Assembly (NCBI GenBank): GCA_963796055.1
Contig: CAWCKH010000004.1
Coordinates: 64,001-128,000, forward strand
Direction: 5' to 3'
Origin: an uncultured delta proteobacterium
GTDB lineage: Bacteria > Myxococcota > Myxococcia > Myxococcales > Myxococcaceae
DNA: 64,000 bases
A model generated the notes under the pieces. It worked only from the letters and a program-made list of their open reading frames with translations, was not told where the DNA came from and did not search any database. Numbering within the stretch: position 1 is the stretch's first letter; the number at the start of each line of letters is the position of its first letter. Shown here piece after piece: positions 56,522 to 64,000 of the stretch. A program made the translations under genes and the position numbers.

Positions 56522-57480
56522 TCCCCGTGCTCCACCAGGAAGCGCTCGGCCTCGATGGCCGCCATGCAGCCCGTGCCGGCGGCGGTGACCGCCTGGCGGT
56601 AGAACGCGTCCTGCACGTCACCGCAGGCGAAGACGCCGTCCAGGCTGGTGCGGGTGCTGCCGGGGACGGTCTTGACGTAGCCGACGTCGTCGGTCTCCAG
56701 CCAATCGTCGAACAGCTGGGTGGTCGGCTTGTGACCGATGGCCACGAAGACGCCGCCGCCGCTCAAGGACATCACCTCGCCGGTCTTGACGTTCCGCACC
56801 CGGACGCCGGTGACCCGCTTGCCGTCACCGAGCACTTCCTCGACCACCGTGTTCCACACCACCGAGATCTTCGGATTGGAGAGCACCCGGTGCTGCATGA
56901 TCTTCGAGGCCCGGAACTGATCGCGCCGGTGGAGCAGGGTCACCTTGTTGACGATCTTCGCCAGGTAGGTGGCCTCCTCCATCGCGGTGTCGCCGCCGCC
57001 GACCACGAACACCTCCTCGCCCTTGAAGAAGGCCCCGTCGCAGGTGGCGCAGGCCGAGACCCCTCGGTTGGCGTACTCGGTCTCGCCGGGCACGCACAGC
57101 CACTTGGCCGAGGCGCCGGTGGCGATGATCACCGTCCTGGTCTTCACCGCGCGTCCGCTCTCGTCCCACAGCGTGAAGGGGCGGGCCGAGAGGTCCACCT
57201 TCATCACGTTCTCCAGGTGAATGACCGTCCCGAACCGCTCCGCCTGGGCCTTGAACCGCTCCATGAGCTCCGGGCCGGTGATGGCCTCGGGGAAGCCCGG
57301 GTAGTTCTCGACATCGGTGGTGATCATCAGCTGGCCGCCTGGCACCCGGGCCGGGTCATCCAGAGCCGGTCCTCCGGCGTAGAGGACGGGCCGGAGGTTC
57401 GCCCGGGCGGCGTAGATCGCGGCGGTGTAGCCCGCTGGCCCGGAGCCAACGATGGTGACGGAATGCACGGTGTCGGCCAT
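56518..57480 (-). CDS. trxB: Thioredoxin reductase
   Basis: GSGPAGYTAA, TTDVENYPGF, SACATCDG, GGGDTAMEEA, FACGDV, QAVTAAGTG. Confidence 0.97.
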   Translation of the reverse strand: MADTVHSVTIVGSGPAGYTAAIYAARANLRPVLYAGGPALDDPARVPGGQLMITTDVENYPGFPEAITGPELMERFKAQAERFGTVIHLENVMKVDLSARPFTLWDESGRAVKTRTVIIATGASAKWLCVPGETEYANRGVSACATCDGAFFKGEEVFVVGGGDTAMEEATYLAKIVNKVTLLHRRDQFRASKIMQHRVLSNPKISVVWNTVVEEVLGDGKRVTGVRVRNVKTGEVMSLSGGGVFVAIGHKPTTQLFDDWLETDDVGYVKTVPGSTRTSLDGVFACGDVQDAFYRQAVTAAGTGCMAAIEAERFLVEHGE

Positions 57481-57515
57481 GGCGGAAAGAGTGCTACGAG
57501 GGTGGCACGAATGCC

Positions 57516-57977
57516 ATGAATCTCGACCTGCTCGGGCGGGTGCCACTGTTCGAAGGCTTGAGCCAGGCCCAGCTCAAGAAGCTCGCCGGTGTCTGCGAGA
57601 CGGAGCGGGTCCCCCGCGGCAAGTACGTGTTCCGGGAGGGCGAGCCCGGCGCATCGATGTACGTCATCGTCGAGGGGAGGGTCCGGATCTCCCGGCAGCT
57701 GCCAGGGATGGGGGAGGAGGCGCTGGCGATCCTCGATCCCGGTGCCGCCTTCGGGGAGATGGCGGTGGTGGAGGAGGGCGTGCGGTCGGCGGACGCGATC
57801 GCCCACGAGGGGGAAGCGGTCCTGCTGCGGATCGGCCGGGACCCGCTGGACCAGCTGCTGTTCACCGACAAGGAGCTGGCGTACTCGGTGCTCTGGGCGC
57901 TGGTGCGGACGCTGTCCGGCAGGCTCCGCGACACCAACGAGAAGATGAAGGCGCTCTTCGCGATGTCCAAGTTCTAG
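57516..57977 (+). CDS. Stand-alone cyclic-nucleotide-binding domain protein
   Basis: VFREGEPG, MYVIVEGRV, FGEMA, RSADA; no HTH. Confidence 0.88.
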   Translation: MNLDLLGRVPLFEGLSQAQLKKLAGVCETERVPRGKYVFREGEPGASMYVIVEGRVRISRQLPGMGEEALAILDPGAAFGEMAVVEEGVRSADAIAHEGEAVLLRIGRDPLDQLLFTDKELAYSVLWALVRTLSGRLRDTNEKMKALFAMSKF

Positions 57978-58008
57978 GACCTGGACGGCCGCCGCTGCGG
58001 ACGGGGTG

Positions 58009-58025
58009 CTGAACCGGCGTTCAAG
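58009..58025. promoter_or_regulatory. LexA-like (SOS) box upstream of radC-recQ
   Basis: CTGAAC-CGGC-GTTCAAG, a TGAAC-N4-GTTCA palindrome resembling the Myxococcus LexA site. Confidence 0.55.
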
Positions 58026-58035
58026 AGCACGCCGC

Positions 58036-58051
58036 AGGCACGTGACTTGCT
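58036..58051 (+). promoter_or_regulatory. Candidate sigma54 promoter of radC-recQ
   Basis: AGGCACG-TGAC-TTGCT, one mismatch from TGGCACG-N4-TTGCW. Confidence 0.65.
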
Positions 58052-58066
58052 CTGCTGCGCAGGGCC

Positions 58067-58792
58067 GTGGAGCGGGGATTTGCCGAGACAGAGGACGGAC
58101 GACTTCGAGACTCGCGCGAGCGGCTGCTGGAGGCGCCGGACTCCCTGGACGACGCCGAGCTCCTCGGACTGCTCTTCGGCGGCCGGAGCCGGACGGTGCG
58201 CGGGCTCGGCGAGTCGCTGCTCGCGGCCGCGGGCGGGCTCCGGGCGCTGGCGAGCATGGAGCCGACCGAGCTGTGCACCGCCGCCGGCCTGGGTCGGGAG
58301 CGCGCCGCCCAGGTGCTGGCCGCGCTCGAGCTCGCCCGGCGCGCGCACCTCGCCCCGGACGGACGGCCCCGGCTGCGCACCGCCGGCGAGGTGTACCGCT
58401 ACCTGGCGCCTCGCATCGCCCTGCTCCGGCACGAGGTCTTCCACGTCCTGTCGTTCAACACCCGGAACGTGCTGCTCGCGGATGCGCGGGTGGCGCAGGG
58501 GACGACGGACGCCTGCACCGTGGATCCGCGGGAGGTCTTCCGGGCCGCGCTCGCCGCCCGGGCCACCGCGGTCATCTTCGCCCACAACCACCCCTCGGGA
58601 GACCCGGAGCCGTCCGAGTCAGACTTGATGTTGACCCGCGAGCTGCAGGCCGGCGCCAGAATTTTCCACCTCCGCGTCCTGGACCACGTGGTGGTCGGAG
58701 CCGGGCGGTACGTCTCGCTGGCCCGGGCCGGGCTCCTCCAGGTGCTCCCTCCGGGCTCGGCGGAGGCGTTGACGGCGGGAGGCAAACGGTGA
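58067..58792 (+). CDS. radC: RadC/JAB-domain protein
   Basis: RERLL...LDDAELL, HhH region, VDPREVF, AHNHPSGDPEPSESD, LDHVVV. Confidence 0.95.
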   Translation: MERGFAETEDGRLRDSRERLLEAPDSLDDAELLGLLFGGRSRTVRGLGESLLAAAGGLRALASMEPTELCTAAGLGRERAAQVLAALELARRAHLAPDGRPRLRTAGEVYRYLAPRIALLRHEVFHVLSFNTRNVLLADARVAQGTTDACTVDPREVFRAALAARATAVIFAHNHPSGDPEPSESDLMLTRELQAGARIFHLRVLDHVVVGAGRYVSLARAGLLQVLPPGSAEALTAGGKR

Positions 58793-58803
58793 AGATGCGG
58801 AGC

Positions 58804-60822
58804 ATGACGGAGCCGCTCCGGTTCCACGACGACGCGCGCGCGGAGCTCGAGCAGAGTTTCGGTCTCACCGCCTTCCGGCCGGGCCAGGTCGAGGTGGTGG
58901 ATTCGGTCCTCGCCGGTCGCAACGTGGTGGTGGTGATGCCCACCGGTGCCGGGAAGAGCCTCTGCTACCAGCTGCCGGCGGTGATGCTGAAGGGGCTGAC
59001 CCTGGTGGTCTCTCCGCTCATCGCCCTGATGAAGGACCAGGTGGAGCAGCTCGAGGCGCGTGGGATCCCCGCGACGCTGATCAACTCCACCGTCCCCGAG
59101 CTCGAGCGGGCCGAGCGCATCCGCCGGATGCGCGCCGGGGCGTACCGGCTGGTCTACGTGGCCCCGGAGCGATTCCGGAGCCCGAGCTTCCTCGACGCCC
59201 TCGGCGAGGTGGGGGTGGAGCTGCTGGCGGTGGATGAGGCCCACTGCATCAGCCAGTGGGGGCACGACTTCCGGCCGGACTACGCGCTGCTGGGGCAGGT
59301 ACGGAAGCGGCTCCGGCCGCCGCGCACCGTGGCGCTGACCGCGACCGCCAGCCCCGAGGTGCGGGAGGACATCGTCCGGAGCCTGCTGATGAAGGACCCC
59401 CGGGTGTTCGTCGCCGGGTTCGACCGCCCCAATCTCTTCCTGGAGGTGCTGCGGATCTCGGGGGACGAGGAGCGCCGGGCGGCGTGCGCGCGGGTCATCG
59501 CCGAGGGCGGCAGCGGGATCGTCTACTGCGCCACCCGGAAGCAGGCCGACGCGATGCAGGCCGCCCTCCGGCTCCGCGGGCACGACCCGGTGGTCTACCA
59601 CGCGGGGATGGACGAGGCGGAGCGGCACAAGGCGCAGGACCGCTTCATGGGCGACCCGTCGTCCGTGGCGGTGGCCACCAACGCCTTCGGGATGGGGATC
59701 GACAAGCCGGACATCCGTTTCGTCATCCACGCCAACATCCCGCGCGCAGTGGAGGCCTACTACCAGGAGGTGGGCCGGGCGGGCCGGGACGGGAAGGCGG
59801 CGCACGCGCTGCTCCTCTTCAACCACGCCGACGTCTTCACCCAGGAGCGGCTCATCGAGAGCAACCACCCGTCCGAGGCGGTCATTGCCGACGTGTGGAA
59901 CGTGCTCCAGACGGCGGAGGTCTTCGCCCGGGGGCAGGAGGCGCTGGCCGCCGCGGTGGGGGCGAGCGAGTTCGAGATCTCGGCGGCGCTGCGCATCCTC
60001 GAACGCGAGGGGCTCGTCGAGATGCAGGCACCCGGGGCGGGCGCCCACGCGATCAAGGTTCTGGAGACGAAGGTGGAGCTGCACTCCCGCTCGGCGAGGG
60101 CCTTGCTGGAGACGCTCCTGGCGGATGCCGGTGCGGGCGGGACCCTGTCGGTCCAGCTCCGGGCGCTCTCGACCCGTTCCGGCCTTCAGGACAAGGACCT
60201 GCGCCGGGCGCTGTCGGCGCTGGAGCGGTCGAAGGCGATCTCGGTTCGCAAGCCCTTCGCCGGGCGGGCCATCCGGGCGCTCCGGCGCGTCCCCTTTCAT
60301 GCACTGGACCTCTCGCTGGAGAAGGTACGCCGGCAGGAGCGCCGGGCGCTGCTCCTGCTCCGCCGGATGACCGACTACGCCTACGCGAAGAGCTGCCGGC
60401 GGGCGTTCGTGCTTGACTACTTCGGCGAGGACACGCGTCACCTCGACTGCAACGGCTGCGACGTCTGCACCGGTCAGCGGACGCGGATCGAGCTGCCGCC
60501 GCCGCGGTCGACCACGAAGTCCGGGGGCATCTACAAGTCCAGGGAGCGCGTCGCCGAGGGGCCGATGAACGACCAGGCCGCCGAGGCGCTGCGCCGGTTC
60601 CGCCGCGACCTGTCGCGGGACCTGGACCTGCCGCCGTTCATCCTCTTCACCGACAGGACGTTGCAGGCGCTGGCCACGGCGCTGCCGCTCACCCGGGAGG
60701 ACTTCCTGGCGGTGAAGGGCACCGGAGCCACCAGCTGGGAGCGCTTCGGCCCCAAGGTCGTCGAGATCTGCCGCGGTGCCCTGGAGCAGTCACGGAAGGT
60801 GGAGAGCGGAAGCGCGGGCTGA
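58804..60822 (+). CDS. recQ: RecQ-family helicase with C-terminal HRDC domain
   Basis: MPTGAGKSLCYQ, VDEAHCISQWGHDFRPDY, LTATA, ATNAFGMGIDK, QEVGRAGRDG, CRR...CNGCDVC, HRDC. Confidence 0.94.
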   Translation: MTEPLRFHDDARAELEQSFGLTAFRPGQVEVVDSVLAGRNVVVVMPTGAGKSLCYQLPAVMLKGLTLVVSPLIALMKDQVEQLEARGIPATLINSTVPELERAERIRRMRAGAYRLVYVAPERFRSPSFLDALGEVGVELLAVDEAHCISQWGHDFRPDYALLGQVRKRLRPPRTVALTATASPEVREDIVRSLLMKDPRVFVAGFDRPNLFLEVLRISGDEERRAACARVIAEGGSGIVYCATRKQADAMQAALRLRGHDPVVYHAGMDEAERHKAQDRFMGDPSSVAVATNAFGMGIDKPDIRFVIHANIPRAVEAYYQEVGRAGRDGKAAHALLLFNHADVFTQERLIESNHPSEAVIADVWNVLQTAEVFARGQEALAAAVGASEFEISAALRILEREGLVEMQAPGAGAHAIKVLETKVELHSRSARALLETLLADAGAGGTLSVQLRALSTRSGLQDKDLRRALSALERSKAISVRKPFAGRAIRALRRVPFHALDLSLEKVRRQERRALLLLRRMTDYAYAKSCRRAFVLDYFGEDTRHLDCNGCDVCTGQRTRIELPPPRSTTKSGGIYKSRERVAEGPMNDQAAEALRRFRRDLSRDLDLPPFILFTDRTLQALATALPLTREDFLAVKGTGATSWERFGPKVVEICRGALEQSRKVESGSAG

Positions 60823-60855
60823 GGAGCCATCCGCTCGCCGAAGCAAAATCCCGGC

Positions 60856-61209
60856 TCACGGTTCCACCGGCCGCCGCCGCCGGACCAGGAGCTCCCGCAC
60901 CAGCAAGGTCGCCGCCGCCAGCGCCAGCGCCAGCACGAACACGAATCCCACCGCGGTGGCGCCAAACACCAGCCGCACCATCGACTCGCCGATGCGTCCG
61001 TCGGTGTAGGCCTCCTTGAGGGGGGCGAGCAGCCCCAGCCGCTCCAGCACCCGCGCGGGAAGCGCATCGAGCGCGTACGACACCCGCAGCACCGCGGTGG
61101 ATGGAGCCTGCACGCGCAGCGCCTCCACCATCACCCCGATGGCCAGGTACAGCGCCGACAGCGCGAGCGCGTTGCCGGCGACGACCTGGAGGAAGCGCCT
61201 CGGGTTCAC
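60856..61209 (-). CDS. Small two-TM hypothetical membrane protein
   Basis: Two hydrophobic helices; GTG overlaps the TPR gene stop. Confidence 0.7.
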   Translation of the reverse strand: MNPRRFLQVVAGNALALSALYLAIGVMVEALRVQAPSTAVLRVSYALDALPARVLERLGLLAPLKEAYTDGRIGESMVRLVFGATAVGFVFVLALALAAATLLVRELLVRRRRPVEP

Positions 61210-64000
61210 GGAGCCCGGGCCGCCCGCTTCTTCAGCGCGGGGAGGAGCTTCTTCACCCGGGCCAGGTCGGGCGACTTCGGGGCGAGGCGGGTGAAGTTCA
61301 CGTACTCGTCGTAAGCCCGGCGGGCATCGCTGTCACCCCCCGCGACGTAGGCATCGGCGAGCGCCAGACGGGTCGGTCCGTCCGACGGGTCGAGCTGCAC
61401 CGCCTTGATCAGCAGCTCGCGTGCCTTGGTCTCGTCGCGCAGCTTGCGGAGCACCAGCGCCTCGGCCAGAGCCGCGTCGGAGAAGTACGGCTGGAGCTCC
61501 ACCGCCAGCTCGGCGCTGTGCTTCGCGTCCTGCACCCGGCCATTGGCCAGCGCCACCCGTGAGGCGGCCACCGCGGCCAGGGCCCGGTCGCTCGCCTTCG
61601 GTGCCGCCGACGAGAGCCCCTGCAGCTTCGACAGCTGCGGCTTGCCTGCGGCGGGCTTGAGCAGCACCTCGCCGGCCAGTGCGCAGACGCTGGTCGGGTC
61701 CTCGCGCCCCGCCGCCTGGTAGGCCTTCTGTGCCTGCTGGAGGTTGCCCTGGCGCGTGTAGGCACGGCCGATGGCGCAGAAGACCTCGCTGTCCTTGGGA
61801 GCCATCGTGTTCGCCTTCTGCAGCGCTGCGAAGCCGGCGCGGCCATCACCCCTGGTGAACATGAGGCTCGCCCGGAGCCGGTGGGACTCGGCGTCCTGCG
61901 GGTCGAGCTTCAGCGAGCGGTTCACCGCCGCCTCCGCCTCCTTCCACTTGCCCTGCTGCGCGAGCGCCAGGGCGATGTCCTTCTGGGCGGCGGCGCTGGA
62001 CGGGTTCTCCGCGGCCCACGCCTCGGCCTGGGCCAGCGAGTCGGCCGGCTTGGCCAGGGCGAGGAATACCCGGGCGAGCGCGTGCCGGCTCTCGCCGTGG
62101 GCGCGGTTGCGCTGGATGGAGAGCTGGAGCGGCTCCACCGCCCGCTCGGGAGAGCCGGAGAGCCACACCAGGCGCCCCAGGGAGCACGCGCCCTCGTAGT
62201 CGCGGGGGTCGCGGCTGGCACCCTCGAACTGGGCCTTGGCCCGGTCGAGGATGCCCCGCTGCCAGTAGACCTTCCCCAGCGCCACTGCCACGTCGGCCCG
62301 CGGGCGCTTCGCCGCCCCCAGGGTGCGCTCCAGCACCGACTGCGCCTTGTCCGGATCACCCTCGGCGGCGTCGGCCAGCGCGAGCCAGGCGACCGCCTCG
62401 ATGGGGAACTTGCCGGCGACCGACGTCCGGGCCAGCTCGGCCCGGGCGCGCTTCCAGTCCTTCAGACGGCCCCAGGCGATGCCCCGGAGCAGGGACATGC
62501 GCCGGCCGGCGTCGTCGGCGAAGCGCTGCAGGAGCTCGCGCTCGCGGTCGCGGCCGAGCAGCACCCGCCCCAGGGCCTCCTTGGCCTCTTCGCTCTTCGG
62601 CCGCTGCTTGACCGCGGCCTCGAGGGACCTCTGCGCCGCGGCGAGGTCGCCGCTCGCCCGCAGCGCGTCGCCGAGCGCCACCTGGAAGTCGAAGGCGCGC
62701 TTGCCGGCGGAGGACGCTCCCTCGGTGAGCACCCTGACCGCCTGGTCGTGCGCCCCGTTCGCCGAGAGCAGCCGGCCGCGGTCGAGCGCGCGCCGGGCGG
62801 CCATCTCCGGGGTCAGCGCGTCGGGAACCAGCTTGTCCACCTCGGCCAGCGCCTGGGTGAGGTCCTGCTCCAGGGCGAACCGGCTCTCGGCCTCGCCGAG
62901 GGCGCGGCCCGGATGGTCGGGCGAGAGCTGCTCGGCGGTGCCATAGACGGTGAGCGCCGCCGCGTCGTCGCCCGCCTCGCGGTAGTAGTCGCCGAGGGCG
63001 ACGAGGGCGCGCACGTTGCCCGCGTTCAGCTCCAGGGCGCGCTTGAAGTGGAGCACCGCGCCCTTGGCGTCACCCTTGGCCAGGAGCAGCCGCCCCGCGG
63101 CGTCGTGCACCTCGCTCAGGTCCAGCGGCGAGTCGAGGATGGCCTTCCGGGCGGCGTCGCGCTCGGTGCCCTCGGCGGCCATCGCCCGGGCGACGAGCAC
63201 CAGCCCGGGGTGGCTGGTACCGATCTTCGGCCGGGCGAGCGCGGCCGCCGCTTGCGCCCGGTCCTGCGGCGTCCCGCCGTGCTCGTCGGCGAGCATCGCG
63301 TGCGCGTAGGCCTTGAAGTCCCACGCCTCGATGCTGTCCTCCTCCATGCGCAGCGCCTGGGCGAGTGACTCGAGGGCGGCCCGGTCCCCGGCGGCGGTGT
63401 CAAGCGCCAGCGCCTTGCGCGCCGACGACAGCGCGTCGGCCAGGTTCCGGCCCTGGTTCACCACCCGGGTGTGCCGGTAGACCAGGCCGCCGGCCACCAC
63501 CGCCACCGTCGCCACGATGGCGATGGCCAGCTTCAGGGCGTGGACCTGGAGCCAGCTCCTCTGCTTCGCCTTCTCGTCGACCCTTGCCCGGAGCGTCTTC
63601 TCGTACTCCTTGGCGATGGCCTCGGTGGTCCCGGTGGTCAGCGGGCGCTTCACCGCCGGCATCGATCCGGTGGGCAGCGGCGCGTCGGGCACGTCGGCGA
63701 GGAGGCTCGGCTCGGTGACGTCGTTCGTGCCCGCCTCGCCGCCGCGCGGCTCGCCTCCGCTGGCGCGGGCGCTGGCCGGGTAATCGGCCGGGCCCGGTGC
63801 GGTCGGTCCGTCGCCCACCGCGGAGAAGGAGCCCGAGCCCTTCCGCTCGGGCAGCGGAGTGAAGCCAGCCGCCTCGCTCAGCGCCTCGGGCGGAGGAGGC
63901 GGCGGCATCGAACCGGTGCGGGTCGGGCGAACGGCCGCCGCGCTCCCGCTGGGCGACCCGTTGGTGCGTGGGCGAAGCGGGCGCTCCGGGGGGTTGTCGA
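61206..64000 (-). CDS. Large membrane-anchored TPR protein (5' end off the window)
   Basis: Pro-rich linker, one TM (LAIAIVATVAVVAGGLVY), long TPR array; frame open to the window edge. Confidence 0.85.
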   Translation of the reverse strand, partial: DNPPERPLRPRTNGSPSGSAAAVRPTRTGSMPPPPPPEALSEAAGFTPLPERKGSGSFSAVGDGPTAPGPADYPASARASGGEPRGGEAGTNDVTEPSLLADVPDAPLPTGSMPAVKRPLTTGTTEAIAKEYEKTLRARVDEKAKQRSWLQVHALKLAIAIVATVAVVAGGLVYRHTRVVNQGRNLADALSSARKALALDTAAGDRAALESLAQALRMEEDSIEAWDFKAYAHAMLADEHGGTPQDRAQAAAALARPKIGTSHPGLVLVARAMAAEGTERDAARKAILDSPLDLSEVHDAAGRLLLAKGDAKGAVLHFKRALELNAGNVRALVALGDYYREAGDDAAALTVYGTAEQLSPDHPGRALGEAESRFALEQDLTQALAEVDKLVPDALTPEMAARRALDRGRLLSANGAHDQAVRVLTEGASSAGKRAFDFQVALGDALRASGDLAAAQRSLEAAVKQRPKSEEAKEALGRVLLGRDRERELLQRFADDAGRRMSLLRGIAWGRLKDWKRARAELARTSVAGKFPIEAVAWLALADAAEGDPDKAQSVLERTLGAAKRPRADVAVALGKVYWQRGILDRAKAQFEGASRDPRDYEGACSLGRLVWLSGSPERAVEPLQLSIQRNRAHGESRHALARVFLALAKPADSLAQAEAWAAENPSSAAAQKDIALALAQQGKWKEAEAAVNRSLKLDPQDAESHRLRASLMFTRGDGRAGFAALQKANTMAPKDSEVFCAIGRAYTRQGNLQQAQKAYQAAGREDPTSVCALAGEVLLKPAAGKPQLSKLQGLSSAAPKASDRALAAVAASRVALANGRVQDAKHSAELAVELQPYFSDAALAEALVLRKLRDETKARELLIKAVQLDPSDGPTRLALADAYVAGGDSDARRAYDEYVNFTRLAPKSPDLARVKKLLPALKKRAARAP

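Noticed and set aside
58067..58792. radC as a marker of a mobile element
   Set aside because: Full-length HhH+JAB form among housekeeping genes, with no integrase or att-like repeats seen.

Overview
A high-GC window, almost certainly from a myxobacterium: it carries a MYXO-CTERM protein and a pilX-tfcP-pilY1-pilV-pilW-fimU cluster in Myxococcus order. Most of it is housekeeping: a pilT paralog, rpsI/rplM, tatD, tcdA, mutY, msrA, pcm, a liv ABC transporter, a SahR-like regulator with metH and a core-MetE-like gene, moaC, trxB, radC and recQ. The UvrD/Rep helicase is broken by two internal deletions. No tRNA, rRNA, CRISPR array or transposase was seen. The best candidate for an undescribed system is at 48.9-54.1 kb. 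It holds an ECF sigma factor, a membrane zinc-finger anti-sigma factor, an apparently exported TPR-CHAT (caspase-like) protease with intact His/Cys, and two or three tiny ORFs with hydrophobic N-termini. A shared motif (GCGG[A/T]GCGA-N17-ACACA, one copy degenerate) lies upstream of two of the peptide genes and of the anti-sigma, suggesting a peptide-triggered proteolytic signalling loop. Other regulatory signals seen directly are a SahR-type palindrome overlapping the regulator's start codon and a LexA-like box beside a sigma54-type promoter upstream of radC-recQ. All family calls come from motif recognition by eye; no database searches were run.
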